From positions 248,001 to 312,000 of the forward strand of contig CM119269.1 of the NCBI GenBank assembly GCA_051294375.1: DNA of 64,000 nucleotides, given 5' to 3'. Numbering within the stretch: position 1 is the stretch's first letter; each line of letters starts with the position of its first letter. Under the pieces are notes generated by a model, which ran no database searches, was not told the DNA's origin, and saw only the letters and a list, made by a program, of their open reading frames with translations. The DNA comes from Paraspadella gotoi (lineage: Eukaryota > Animalia > Chaetognatha). Of the stretch, positions 1 through 14,494 are shown one piece after another. The position numbers were made by a program, and so were the translations under genes.

Positions 1-658
1 TTTTAGCTTGCTTCAAAGCTTTTCCTGCTTTCATGGTTGTCCCTATCTTTTTTCTGCGCCTTTGTTTTGCCGCAGTTATGCTGCTCGGCGACCAATCCGG
101 CTGCTAACTAAATTTAGTATAACTATCATTGTACTTACTTTGTTTATCAACGAAGGAAAACCTCCTTCTGGTAATGGCGGACCATGATAAAGATGATGAT
201 GATATGAATGATGATAATGATGGCATTATGGATAACTATGATAATGATTATGACGATTGTGATGATGATGCTCATGTCAGTTGCAGTCAGTTGCAGGTTA
301 GTGTTCGGGGTTTCATTAATTATTTGGTTTAGGATTAGTGTTAGGAATTAGATGTAGCAATTAAAGTTATTGTCGTCGTCGTCATGGTCGTCCTCGTCTT
401 CGTCGTCGTCGTCGTCATCGTCGTCATCCCCTAACCACGAATTCCCATAAAGATTATGACCTCCGCAGAGAATCGTGTCTTTGAAAAGAGGGAATTCTGA
501 CGACGACGATGATAACGACGACGACGACGACGACAACGATAACGACGACGATAACGACGATTATACTCTTTTCTACTGATTATAACCACAATAACAATTA
601 TAACGATGATTAAAAATAAAGGTTTTTGAATGATTATAATGATGATGTTAATATTGAT

Positions 659-722
<64 letters not shown>

Positions 723-1139
723 AATGATGATCGATCTGGATGACAATTGTGCTGATAAAATTGTGAATAAAATGACTCGATAAAAATGTCGACGACGACG
801 ACGACGACGACGAAAAGGAAGAAAGACTAAGAAGATGATGACGAAGAATAAACTATTAAATCAAACGAACGTGATAATCATAAAATTTCCTTCAAAACGA
901 CAACAGAATTGACTCGGATAATCGAAGCGAGCGGAAATGGCGAAAGGGGCGGCGGCGGCTGGTGCGGCGGCTGCTGCGGTGGCGGCGGCGGTGGCGGTGG
1001 CGGTGGCGGCGGCGGCGGCGGCGGCGGAGGTGACGGCCGCCGCTCCGAGATCAGATTTCTCGGAAAAGAGAAAAAGAAAGGAAATCAAAGGAAGAGATCA
1101 TTTTGTTTCCATTCACAGACGAAAATGGCCCATCATGGT

Positions 1140-1247
<108 letters not shown>

Positions 1248-1489
1248 ATGGCCCATTATCGAGAAAAGGGAAAATTCCAGGGGTGAGGACCGAGATAAAA
1301 CGAAGTTTGGTTGAAAGAATAATGAAAGTAATATTAGAGATTAAATGAATGATTAGTTGGATACAAAAAGACTCAAGAAATGGAAGCTTTTGCTATTCGA
1401 AGAAAAAAACTGAGTTTAAGTTTAACAATAAGGTTACTTCGCTTCATTCAGCTCTATCTATACCCCAATCGATAAATCGGCAGCCCAAA

Positions 1490-1797
1490 TTTTCGCGCGG
1501 AACAACTCTATACTTTTCGGTCGGTCTGTCGGTCAGTCGGTCGGTATGTCTGTTCGTCGGTCTGTCCCACTTACGTTAAAAATGTATATAATTTGCCTCT
1601 AGTTAGTTGCTCTTTTGTTAAGACAGAAAAAAACCTGAAACCTAAGGAACTGGAATCGTCGCATTCAGAAAATCCTGTTATGTTATGTCATGTTATGTCA
1701 CGTTATGTCATGTCACGTCACGTCATTTTATGTCATGTCATGTCCCGAGCATAAGGCAGTCAGTGCGGCGCAAGACATTTGAATTACCGTTCTTGTT
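1490..1797 (+). mobile_element. DINE-1/HINE-like (Helentron-associated) non-autonomous element, copy 1 (5' end degenerate)
   Basis: Shares with 13138, 19395 and 54059 the block 'ctcta..cttttcggtcggt(c/a)tgtc', and with 13138 and 19395 also 'gtcccactta.gttaaa'. Has a 3' subTIR GCGGCGCAA and the terminus 'gaattaccgttcttgtt'. The family assignment is inferred from architecture. Confidence 0.6.
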
Positions 1798-2721
1798 TTA
1801 TTTTATTTTTTATTCTGTTTTGTTCTTTTTTTTCTTTCCAATTGTTTTCATAACTGGTTACACTCAGTGATCTTATATTAAAAAAAAAGTAAAAACAAAA
1901 TTAGACACCATTTTCCGAAAGCGCCTAATTCGTCGGCTTAATAAAAACCCGAATATTTTAGTTTTCTCTCTAACCAAATACCCAGTACCTACTCTAACCC
2001 CTGACCTTAATCTCTAAACTAATTCTTATCCTTAACCCCGGACCTTAATTTTGAAATGGTCCGCTCTTGGAGAATATGGCTAAAAGTTGTACGTACGAAG
2101 ATTTTATTTGGAATAAAAGTGAATTCTGTACGAGAAAGAAAAATTGGAAAAAATAAATTTCAACCCTAAATCTCTAAAGTGACGGAATTCTGGAATTTAA
2201 GGCGAAATGAAGACCAGGCAAGATTAAGGCCAAGAGGACTGAGAGGCCAAAAGAGAATGGCCTAAGATTAAAGCCATAAAAGAGAAAGTAGGCGAGGAGA
2301 TCGTGACTCAGGTTGTGAAAAAAGATGTGAGTGTGAGGATCACAATAAAAAATATGACTTGAAAATTGATTCATAATACATAAATAATACGTATTAGCCA
2401 ATTTTTAAATTCGACGGAATAATAATTAAATTGTAAGTACAAATCGTTATTGATATTTGTTGTTGTTGTTGTATTTGATTATTGCTTTTCTTAAAAACTA
2501 CATCACCATCACCATCATGATGTATTCAATTCCTCCTGGGAGGATTAACATTTATGCTTTGCCGTAAAACTCAAGCGGAAGAGTGACCGACTGACCGGAA
2601 GAGTGACCGACTGACCAATTGTTCACACACACTTCATTGTTTGGTTTCTAAATCGGACCAGAACCAAGTTTACTCTTCATTCCACACAACCAGACCAGGA
2701 GGTTGTTTTGGGAGCCAGTTA

Positions 2722-2811
<90 letters not shown>

Positions 2812-2944
2812 TCTAATCCAATTCCTTCCTTCTCAATAGTTTCCCTTTTTTTTTCTCGTTCGGTTTTTTTGCGTTTGAGTTTTCCCCTTCAATTATCATC
2901 GCTGGAATGCACAAACAAAAACTTGACCTCCCTTCCTCCCTGCC

Positions 2945-2995
<51 letters not shown>

Positions 2996-3196
2996 TTCTC
3001 TTCCTCTTTACCTCTCTCTTTCTTTCTCTCTCTCTTTCCCTCTCCATCCCCTCTCTCTTTCTCTTTCCTCACCATCTTCTAATTTCCCTCTCTGACTCTG
3101 TCTCTCTCTCTTGCTCTCTTTTCTCTCTCTTTTGGTGACTTTGTATCTCTGCTTCTTCCTAAACCTTCTCTGCTTCTTCCTTTGGCTCTCTCTCTA

Positions 3197-3243
<47 letters not shown>

Positions 3244-3474
3244 TTCTCTCTCTCTCTCTCTCTTTCTCCCGCCCCCCTTTCCTCTCTCAACGATCTTGAT
3301 CAGCAACGACAAATGTTGTTTTTCGAGACTGATTGATTCAGAGAGAGAGAGAGAGAAGAGAAGAGAGAGAGAGAGAGAAGAGAGAGAGAAGAGAGAGAGA
3401 GAGAGAGAATTAGCAGCGGCCGCTTAGGCAGCTCTGACCTCAATAAGGCAATCGGTTGTGGACGTTGGGGAGAG

Positions 3475-3510
<36 letters not shown>

Positions 3511-3517
3511 AGAAGAG

Positions 3518-3548
<31 letters not shown>

Positions 3549-5109
3549 GAGGATGGGAAAAGAAAGAAGATTAAAAAAGGGACAAAGAGAAGTGTGTGGG
3601 AGAGGAAGGCGTGGGGAACAAAGAGATAGATTGGAGTTGAAGGCAAAAGGAGAGTTGTTCACTTCGAGAGAAATAGACGTTGTCCAGAGAAAGAGACGTT
3701 GTCCAGCATTCACGGATTTTGCGTCATCTGGCATCAACGGTCGAGGTTGACGTCGCCGAGGCGGAATCAACGCCAACGGTTGACGGGGACCAATTTCCTT
3801 GGGAATCAAAGACAAATCCGATTTCCTACTTCTGCCTTCAGCCAACTGGCTGTGATACTGGGGTGCCGGGTATATCACTAACAGGCATGTTTAAACCTGT
3901 CACACCGGAATCGGGATAACCAAGAATTGAATCCGGGACACTTGGTTACGACGAGTGGAATACTTCCACTCCGCCACTGAGACGAAGCTGAAGGCGGGCA
4001 TCCGGTCCGCCTCACTTTTCCCTTTTCCGCTTCAGCAAAGTTTATCACGTCCGAGAAAAAGTTGCTCAATCTCATTTACATTTTGTAAAAGTTAATTAAT
4101 TGCAATTTTGTAATGAAGGCTTGCAATTTTTAAATTTCATAAAAGACTTATTTATAATTTTTTACATCCAACGAAATAGATTTTTAAGGTTTAGAGGGAG
4201 AGAAAATAAAAAGGGGTCAGTTGAGATCGTCAACCAAAACTCTTCCATCTGACGAGAAGAAAGAAAAAGGGAGAAGGAAATGCTTTTTCTTAAATCCTGA
4301 GTGGAGATTGACACAAAGGGAGAGAGGGAGAGAGGGAGAGAGACAAAAAGAGAGAGGTAGAGAGAGACAGAGAGGGCGGCTCTCGGGAGGAGAAGAGAAT
4401 AGATAGAAGTGATTGATTGGAGTAAGAAAGATAAATAAACAGATGTGCATGATGCATAAATTTATAGTAGTTGACAACAAGTTAAAGATGTTGACCATAT
4501 TTATTTTTAGAAGAACATGTATTTTTAGATTATCGTATGACCATAAAACAAAAGTATGAAACATCTATACTAAGGCGGGCCAGAATTTAACTTTTTTAAC
4601 AATATAAAGAGTCCGTAATAAAAGTCTTTTTGTCCTTTTACCACTGAATTAATTTTTGATGTTAGGTTTAGAATTAATTCATTTTCCTCAAGCATGGAAG
4701 CATTCTAATATTTAAAAATATATAAAAGATGCTTGAATTTTTTTTTAAATTTGAATTTTTAAAAATGGATTCTGATAGAGAACAAAAAGATAGATAAAGG
4801 TTATTATTACAATTTTAATAGTTTTGATTATAAATTGGTAAAAAATTTAAAAAAACTCATCATCAAGAATCAATAAATTTGTTAATTTTTAAACAAATCA
4901 TTAAAATTTTAAAAAGTTGAAAAGTAAAAGCTGAAGCAGATACTAGTTGCAGAAGTGAAAAAGAAATGCAAGAAGCGGATGCAAGAAGCGGAATCGACAA
5001 GCGTTGAAGCAGATGTTATCACTTCCTCGGCTTAACTTTTTTTTTTTCTTCAATCTTTTTTTTTTCTTCTTCTTCCACATAATTTATTGGTCATTGTGTT
5101 TTCAAGCCG

Positions 5110-5186
<77 letters not shown>

Positions 5187-5257
5187 AGATTGAAACAAAA
5201 TAGGAAAAGTTCAAGGAGAAAATATACAACCCGGTCATCGCAGCTCCGCAGCTCTCT

Positions 5258-5315
<58 letters not shown>

Positions 5316-6411
5316 TCATCTCTCTCTCTCTCTCTCTCTCTTTCCAATTAAAACTTTTATCTTTTCTTTTTGTTGTGATTTAATCAAATTAACTGCAACG
5401 TATTATTTTCTCTTTCTCTTTCTACTCTGATTCTTCCAGCGGGAAAAAAACTATGGTCTGTTGTTTGTCACAAGTAAATGTTTCATCACATATTTTGTGA
5501 CGAAAACACATCCTTTGCTAGATGCTTGTTTCTGTTCTTTGCATCATGCCAGTTTTAATGTTTTAATGCTTGTTTTTGTTCTCTGTTTAAGCAAGCATCA
5601 TGCCAGTTTTAATGTTACGTTCAATCGGACTTCTACCGAAAGCTGATAGTAAACGAGCGATGTTTTTTTATCTGTCCAGTGTCCAGTATGGTTATTATTT
5701 CATTCTGTCTGTCTCTCTCTCAGTTTCTCTCTCTCACTCTCTCTCTCTATCTCTCTCTTTCTCTCTTTCTTTCTCTATCTCAACTCCCATTTTTCTCATC
5801 CTCGTCTGTTTATCTCTTTCTCCCTCTCCTTTCCTCCTTTTTCTCCTCCTCTTCCTCCTCCTCTTCCTCCTTCCCTCCTTTTCTTCTTATCTTTCTGATC
5901 TTGACTTTTATTCTTTCCTTTTTCTTCTCTCGTAAAAAATCTTCTTCGTCTACATTTTTTTTTCCTTTTTCAATTTTCTTTGGAGATTCACTCTTCTTTC
6001 CTCCCTTCCTCGACCTCTCTTATTATTTGACTTCTCTATCTTCCTCTTTTTTCTCTTCCTCTCTTTTTAAACTATTTCTCTCTCGCTCTCTCTCACTTCC
6101 CTTTCTTCTTTTTTATTTCCTTTCCTTCTTTTCTTTTCTCCCCTCCCCCTTTCTTTTGTTTGTCCTCTTCTTTCTTCCCTTTTTCCTCCCTCTATTTTCT
6201 CCATTTCCTCCCTCTTTTCTTCTTCTTTCCTCCTTTTTTCTCCCTCTATTTTCTTTCTTTCCTCCCTCTTTTTTTTATCTTTTCCTTCCTTTTCCTCTTT
6301 CTCTTCCTCATTTTCGATTTTGCATCATCGACTCTCTCCCTTAATCCTCTCCAATTCCGATAACTCACCCACGAATCCACCTCCTCTTCCTCTTCCTCTT
6401 CTTCTTCCTCT

Positions 6412-6458
<47 letters not shown>

Positions 6459-9400
6459 TTCCTCCTCTTCCTCTTCTTCTTCCTCCTCTTCTTTTTCCCC
6501 TCCCTTTTGATTTTGAGTCGGATTTTCATTTTATATTGAAGTATTAGCGAATATCTATATACATTATATTTATACTTATATATATATATATATATATGTA
6601 ACTGTTAAATTTTTGAAATATACATATTTTTAAAAAAGACGGACAGACGGACCGACCTGCTTTCGTTCGTTGTTCCCGAATCCAAGATAAACCCTCGCGG
6701 CATCTTTATTACTTTTCTTTTTCTCTCGGACAGAAAGGCAAGCCAATTCTCTCTCACTGTATCTCTCTCTCTCTTTCTNNNNNNNNNNNNNNNNNNNNNN
6801 NNNAGATGCCCTTGCAAATTCTCTCTCTCTCTCTCGTTCTCTCTCTCCTCTCTCTCTCTCTCATCTCTCTCTCTCTCTCTCTCTCTCTTCATATTCAAGA
6901 AGAAGAACGGAGATAACGAGAAAAAAATGACGACTGAGAGAGAATAAAGAATGAGAGTCAACGAAGAAAACGAGAGAGAGTAAAGGGAGGAGCAGAAAAT
7001 GGAAAATAACATAAAGGGAGGAGAAGGAGAGGAAATAGGTCTGTCAGGGAACGATCGCGAGAACAACCGAGGTACACACAAGAGGCAATATGACAGAGAG
7101 AGAGGACAAAGAGGAAGAGAAACAGAGGGTATGGGAACGGGAAAAATGGAACAGAATAACAGGAGAGCGAATATAAAGACGGGAGAAAAGCGTGAGAACA
7201 CGAAAGGGGAACGGAGGAAAAATGAATTGAAAGGAAACACGAGAGATAGTGAGGGGAGTAGGATCAAATGCAAATGAAAATGGGTGAGAGGAATGAGGAT
7301 AAAAAGAGGAACACGAAAGTATATAGAAAACCTGGAGAAATGTGTAAGAGAGTAAAGGAAAACAGAGAGAGAGGAGTCATAAAGGGAATTAAGAGGTAGC
7401 GTCAAATAAACACGCGAGAGTGTGAAAAGTATGTGTACAGACGAGAAGTCACGAGTGAAAGGAATAGAAAAAAGGAAAGAAGGTTTTATGAAAGTGAGGA
7501 AAAAAGAGAAATATGAAATGTATGAATCAATAAAGAAAGGAAAGCCGAATAGAAGTGGGAAGGAGTCAAAGAGCGAGAAAAGTAAGAGATAGATTAGAAA
7601 GGAATAAATGGCAAATGGGTGAGGCAAATGGTATAAGAAAAGAGAGAGAGAGAGAGAGAAGAGAGAAGTAGAGAGAGGAGAGTAGATAGAGAGAGAAGAA
7701 GATTGAGAGTAGCGCATGACAAGAACGACACTACTGGGCATTTTGCCTTATCTGTCCTGAGAGAAAAAAGATAAAAGTAAATAAAGATGCACCTAGTCGA
7801 GTGGTTTTATCTTGCGAGTGTCAAGGGATATAAGTACGAAGCGAGAAGAGGCAATAGCGTGTTCTTAGGCGGCTGGCGTTCGCAGTCCGTCTTTTTTGTA
7901 AAAAGCTAGAAGTTGCAAAAGATATTTAACTATAAATTACCATATATAAAACTATAATACAAGAAAGAACACTGATTAGGGTTTCGCCCATACATTAGCA
8001 CCGCGTTTACATCATCAAATTTCTTCCCATCATCTCTTTCCCATCCTTTTCTGCACTCCTCCTCCGGAGATTCCTAGCGCTAGAGACCAGGGGATTAGGG
8101 CTTTTCATTCACGCTTTTTCCCTCTCTTTCTCTCTGCACCGTCCCGCGCGAGACGTTCTAGCTCTCTCGTACCCATTATTTTTTAACGGCGCTCCAATTT
8201 ATAAGGGATACTCGTCTTACAGTATATTTTTCCCCTTTCCCACCCATTTTCCCCACTCCACCTTTACTTTTTACCATTCTGCACGATTTCAGTCAGACAA
8301 CCGAAATACCTTTAGTTTCAGAGTGTGACGACCTCATCAGAACTCTAGCTTCGAGACCTTCAATAGGACCCAACTATATGTAAAACAGACTCCTCGAAAA
8401 TATTTCGCCGCTCTCTGAGTCCATGTGCATCGTTTAACCCATATCTTTTCACTCTTAAAAACAAAATACATTTAGTAATAATAAACCTTGTTGCCTATGA
8501 ACAACCTGTTCGCAAACACAAGACAATTCACAAACAATTCCTCTATGACCCAGCGACTTGTTTCTTCACTACTTTTTACTCTCGTCCTGGCCGAATATTT
8601 GTTCTGAGCTGTAGCCGTCTATTTAACCTTCGGACTAACACCTCATGTTTTTTCACTGCTGCCGGACCCGGAATTACTTTTTCTCCCGCCCTTGGAAATC
8701 ATAATTTTAGAATCAGCCAAAGAGTTTTTTAGTCGTCTTCATGCCAGAAATAAGAAACGTTTCGACCGCTCATCTCCCTCTTTGCCTGACTGATATCTGT
8801 CTACCTTTCACCTAAAAATAGAAACTTTCCCTGTCACTGTTTTCAGCAGCCAAAAATTAAAGAGAAACCCTGGAAAATTAAAACGAGTGAACATTAGTCA
8901 TAGAACATGACTAAAGAAAAATCTTTTTAGTCATGTCTAAAGTAAACAAAGAAAAAGAAGAACGAATAATACATAATAAACCTTTCAAACTTTAAAAAAT
9001 AAAGACTACCACGACCTTAACATAAGACTCGCTCCAGCCCCATCTATCACCAACTGAAAAAGCAACGCTCGACCGACGGCGAATAAGTGTTCTTCGTTAT
9101 CAACACTGTTCGTTGCCCCCTTTTATCTCGGAAGAAAATGTCATAAATTGCTGAGGGAAATTCTGACACCGTTGAGGGGGATTTGCGGGAGAGCCGCGTT
9201 GGAAATGATGTTCGAAAAAAAAGATAAGAAGAGAAAAGATCATTAGATGAGGGACTCACGAAAGAAACACTAAAGAACAAGTAAAACAAAAACTTATTTC
9301 TAAAAAAAGCAAACCCTAGACGAAGATTTAATACAATAGTGGAAAACGAAATAGATATAATATAGAAAAAGGAAGGGACCAAACTTCTTGTTTAGAACTA

Positions 9401-9989
9401 AATATTAACTTTGGTAAGAGATTCCAATCTACTTTCTAGAACCTTGCCTCATTGCAATATCTGTCTTTATCTAATTGTCCTCTCCCGGAAGGTAATGGAC
9501 TCCATTCTTTGCAGACATCATGTGGGCTCGCTCCGCGATGGAGAGGATTAATCGACGTTTGGACAGGGCCTTCTTCGAGGTTTTTCAGGCTCAACTAACC
9601 TTGGCTAACGTAGCGACACACACACGGGCCGATCACATCCCATCTCACATTTCCCGCCTCTTTTTTTCCTTTCTCCGCATCGAGAAATGCAAGGCCTGGC
9701 AACGAATCGACTGCCATTTTTTTTCTCCCGTCTGCCTCGAAATTGCCATGTATTTTATGCCGCGGAATGTTCGTGTGAACCATATTTTATCCTATCAGCT
9801 TAATGCGTCGTAGTTGAAATAACGTCCGCGTGTAGCCGAAGCGGGGGAAGGCTTTTGCTGTTTAGGGCGACGAAGCTGCGATATATTCTCATCGCGCGTG
9901 GCAGTCCATTTCTTCTCTCTCTCGTCTCCTCTGCTCTCTCCTCTCACATTACTCCGCGTCGATCTGTCGTCTGTCTCTATCGTCTCATC

Positions 9990-10029
<40 letters not shown>

Positions 10030-11563
10030 GTCCGCGGGAGAAAGAAGAAAAAACAAAGGTTTATAACTCAAAAACACGCCCAACCGCAAAAATAAAAGAA
10101 GAAGAGGAATCGTGAATAAAAAAAAGAGCGATGGATATAGTAGGGATTACAAATCCCAAGACCTCAAACTCAACTTACCATTTTCGCCAATCTTTCAAAA
10201 TCGCAGTATCGTGTACATATATCTTTCACTGGGTCCTCTCAAGCACTAAGCCTGCATTCCGATTTGTCCAAAATGTGCGAACGTCCATCGGAAAAAGAAA
10301 AGGAAAAGAAAAGAAAATGGCCGAGGCCGAGGAAGATCCAGCGGAGAGAGAGTTAGGGGCCATTCGAGCGTCGGAAAAAAAGGTCTCGCCACACCAAAGC
10401 GGATCGAGTTTCCTTCCCCTTGTAAACATGACGAAAGTCCAAATTAAAAGTTCCGACCGGGATAAGGGGACGATATTGACACGCTAAGCAAAAAGCTAAT
10501 CAAGTGCCAATTAATTACTTCATTATTGGCGCTGAACATAAAAGAGCACAGATCTTCTTCCGTCCAAACAAAACGACAACAACCACAACAAAACAACAAC
10601 AACGAGAATAACTACATAAATTTGCTTCATAATCAGTCATGATTTTACTTAGCATTTATAATTAGTAATATTATTAATTATAAACGAATCGGTATTGCCT
10701 AATGATATCAGGCCGAAAAATAGGAGGAGGAAAAATAGAGAGGAAAAAAAAGGGGAAAAAACTAAGGAAATAAAGGAGAAAAGAAAAAAGAAAGAAAAAA
10801 TAAAGAAAAATGTTGTCAATTCGTCATCATGATTTCTCCATCGGGAAAAAAGACGATGTTCTTTTTGGGGAGGGGAAGGGAAAGGAAGGGAAGGGAAGGG
10901 AAGGGAAGGGAAAGGAAGGGAAGGGAAAGAAAAGGAAGGGAAGGGGAAGGAAGAGATGGGAAGGCAATAGAAGGGAAGAAAGGGAAGGGATAGGAAGGGG
11001 TTGGAAGGGAAGGGGAAGGGAAGGGAAGGAATAGAAAGGAAGTAAAGAAAAGAGAAAGAAATAAAAGGTAAGTGAGTGAGTTAGTGCAGAGAATGAATGT
11101 GGTGAGAGAGGAAAGAGGTAAGAGTCAGTAAGCAGCAGTAAAGGAGTAAATGAAATAGAATTGAAGATGTTGAGGAATAAGTGAAGAAGATATTTGGTAA
11201 GGGTGAGTTAAGCTGTGTATAAAATGGTAAGTTGTTTTAATAAGTTGAAATAAGTTATATTAACTGAACGAGAGAAAGTCAGAAAGTGTCTACAGACGTT
11301 TTGATCAGTCACAGTGATTGTCAAGATTTGAAAGACCGTACTGAGGTTGCTCTAAGCCGTGCTTGACAAGGTACAACAAAGCTTTATTCTCCATGACTAT
11401 TGGATAGAAAACATCTCAGTCTTTCTGCCTCTGCATTTGTAGCATAACAACGACAACGAAGACGACGACGAAAGTGACGACGACGACGACGACAACAAAG
11501 AGGCCGAAAAATAACTCTTTCACCTCCCATCGAGTCCACAGATTTATTTTCGTTTTGTTAAAA

Positions 11564-11638
<75 letters not shown>

Positions 11639-11829
11639 CCTTTTTCCTCTGGAATTGACGTTTCAATATGCGGCAATTTTTTTCATTTTTTACATTTCAG
11701 ATTTTCGAAGATTCACAAAGCGAAATCACAACACAAGAATAAATATATTTTTTTGCCTTCTTTGTTTAATTTAAAATAACAAAACACTAAATTTTTTTTT
11801 CACATTTACTGTTGTTAATAATTTCCTCC

Positions 11830-12580
11830 AAAAATATCCCTTCTTACTCCCCCTTTTGTTCTGCCTCCCCCTCTCCTTTTTGGTTCTACCTCCCCTCTCT
11901 CCTTTTTCTCCTTCCACCTCTCCCCCTTTTGTTCTCCCTACCCTTCTTCTCCTCTTCCTTCTCTACTCTTTGTTCTTCCTCCCCCTCTCCTCCTCTTGTT
12001 CTCCTTCCCCCTCTCCCTCTTGTTCTACCTTCCCATCCCCCTTTGTTCTCCTTCCCCCTCTCCTCCTTTTTCTCCCTACCCCTCTCCTTCCTCTTTCTCC
12101 TACCCTTTTTCTCCCTCCCCCTCTCCCCTTTGTTTCCCTACCCCTCTCCTCCTCTTCCTCCCTAACTCTTTGTTCTCCCTCCCCCATTTTCCCCCTTTGT
12201 TCTCCCTCCCTCTCCCCCTTTGTTCTCCCTACCCATCTCCTCCTCTTCCTTCCTACCCTTTGTTCTCCCTCCCCACCCCCTTTGTTCTCTTCCCCCTCTC
12301 CCATGTTGTTCTCCTCCCCCCTCTCTTTCCTTTGTTTCTCCTTCCCTCCTCCCCCTTTGTTCTCCCTACCCTTCTCCTCTTCTCTCCCTACTCTTTTGTT
12401 CTCCCTCCCCCCTCTCCTCCTTTGTTCTCTTCCCCCTCTCCCTCTTGTGGTTCTACCTCCCCCTCTCCCCCTTTGCTCTCTTTCCTCCCCTCTCTCTCTG
12501 TTCTCCTCCCCTCGTCTCCTCCTCTTCCTCCTACCCTTTTTCTCCTCCCCTCTCCTCCTCTTTTCCTCCCCTTCTCTCAC
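11830..12580. repeat. C/T-rich degenerate minisatellite with recurring TTGTTCTCC motif
   Basis: 'ctttgttctccct' recurs many times in a nearly pure pyrimidine tract. Confidence 0.8.
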
Positions 12581-12740
12581 TCTCAGACTCGCCTAACGAA
12601 AACCTGGATATCGGTCGAGATTAAACATCGATGTATCCCACCCTCCCCCCCCTAATTGGTTTTGGCCCGGAGAGTTTCATTTAAAGAATATCGACGGCCC
12701 TCCTTCCAATTCCCTTTTTCTCATTCTCTCTCTCTTCTCT

Positions 12741-12776
<36 letters not shown>

Positions 12777-13137
12777 TCTCTCTCTTGGTNNNNNNNNNNN
12801 NNNNNNNNNNNNNNNNNNNNNNNNNNNNNNNNNNNNNNNNNNNNNNNNNNNNNNNNNNNNNNNNNNNNNNNNNNNNNNNNNNNNNNNNNNNNNNNNNNNN
12901 NNNNNNNNNNNNNNNNNNNNNNNNNNNNNNNNNNNNNNNNNNNNNNNNNNNNNNNNNNTAACAATATTCTTTCTATTTATTATTTTCCATCTATCTATCT
13001 ATCGATCTATCTATTTATCTATCTACCAATTTCCTTTACTATCTTCTTTCTACCTTCTAGTATTTCTCCTTCCTTTTTTCCATTTGTCTTTTTCCCCAAA
13101 TCCATTGGCTTCCCGCGTCTTTTTGCTCTTATCATCT

Positions 13138-13445
13138 TTTTTTAGTTGCGCCGCGATTACTCGCGGAGCGACTCTAAAAGTCCCTTTTCGGTCGGTCGGT
13201 CGGTATGTCAGTTTGTCGGTCTGTCCCACTTAGGTTAAAGATGCTCATAACTCGCCTATAGTTCGTTGTTCATTTGTTAAGACAGGAAAAAACCTCAAAT
13301 CCAAGCTACTACTAGCGCCGCCTTTTGTTTTTTAAAGAAATCTCATATAAACTATAAAAAAATAAAAGACGTAATTCCAATGCAGTGCGCGTCGGAAATA
13401 CACTGAAATACACGGGATAACAAATTCACTGCTGCGCAACACAAC
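13138..13445 (+). mobile_element. DINE-1/HINE-like element, copy 2 (best 5' end)
   Basis: Starts in a T-run: TTTTAGTTGCGCCGCGA-ttac-TCGCGGAGCGAC (subTIR plus short inverted repeat). Then a (GTCG)n microsatellite, the conserved core, and 3' 'ctgcgcaacac'. Confidence 0.65.
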
Positions 13446-13915
13446 TTTTAAATTTCCCTTCTTCTTTTCCTTGTCTCCCTGGCTTTTGTTTCTGTACATA
13501 TTTTATCGGGTTAATCCGTCCGTCCGTTTGTCCGTCCCTCCGTGTTTCCGTCTCTTTTTCGCTCCAGGGATTCGTTCTCATGTTTTCTTTTTCGTTCTTT
13601 CTTTATTTTCTTTTATTTGGTTCTTAGTTTCTTTGTTTATTCTTTTGGTTTTTTTTTTCATATTTATCTTTATCAAAATTTCTCTTTTTCTTTCTCTTAT
13701 TTTTGTCCCGGTCTGTGTGTCTATATATATCTTTCTTTCTACCTGTTTGTCCGTAGAAAAAATGAATTAAAAACTTCAAAGTATCACCGAAAAAGATGTG
13801 AAGGATTAAATCTCACAGCATTCACTCGCCCTCTCCCTCTCGCCTCCGACCATCGACTTCGCCTCCGACTTTAGTTCGTTGTCTGAGATCAAAGAAGACA
13901 ACAACAAAAACACAA

Positions 13916-13946
<31 letters not shown>

Positions 13947-14020
13947 GACGACGATCGAGAGAAGCTTTTATTTATTCAGGTCGTAATTTTGGGAGAAAAG
14001 AGACGAGCTTGACACGAAAA

Positions 14021-14054
<34 letters not shown>

Positions 14055-14494
14055 NNNNNNNNNNNNNNNNNNNNNNNNNNNNNNNNNNNNNNNNNNNNNN
14101 NNNNNNNNNNNNNNNNNNNNNNNNNNNNNNNNNNNNNNNNNNNNNNNNNNNNNNNNNNNNNNNNNNNNNNNNNNNNNNNNNNNNNNNNNNNNNNNNNNNN
14201 NNNNNNNNNNNNNNNNNNNNNNNNNNNNNNNNNNNNNNNNNNNNNNNNNNNNNNNNNNNNNNNNNNNNNNNNNNNNNNNNNNNNNNNNNNNNNNNNNNNN
14301 NNNNNNNNNNNNNNNNNNNNNNNNNNNNNNNNNNNNNNNNNNNNNNNNNNNNNNNNNNNNNNNNNNNNNNNNNNNNNNNNNNNNNNNNNNNNNNNNNNNN
14401 NNNNNNNNNNNNNNNNNNNNNNNNNNNNNNNNNNNNNNNNNNNNNNNNNNNNNNNNNNNNNNNNNNNNNNNNNNNNNNNNNNNNNNNNNNNNNN

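Noticed and set aside
5600-7741. SL/ER/FS-rich ORFs (e.g. 378 aa at 6605..7741) and similar ORFs throughout
   Set aside because: They are translations of (CT)n/(GA)n and related low-complexity tracts with no domain signal.
8295-8350. Minus-strand CTGATGA...GAAAC...GTA hammerhead
   Set aside because: Stems I and II do not pair convincingly and the region is low-quality sequence.
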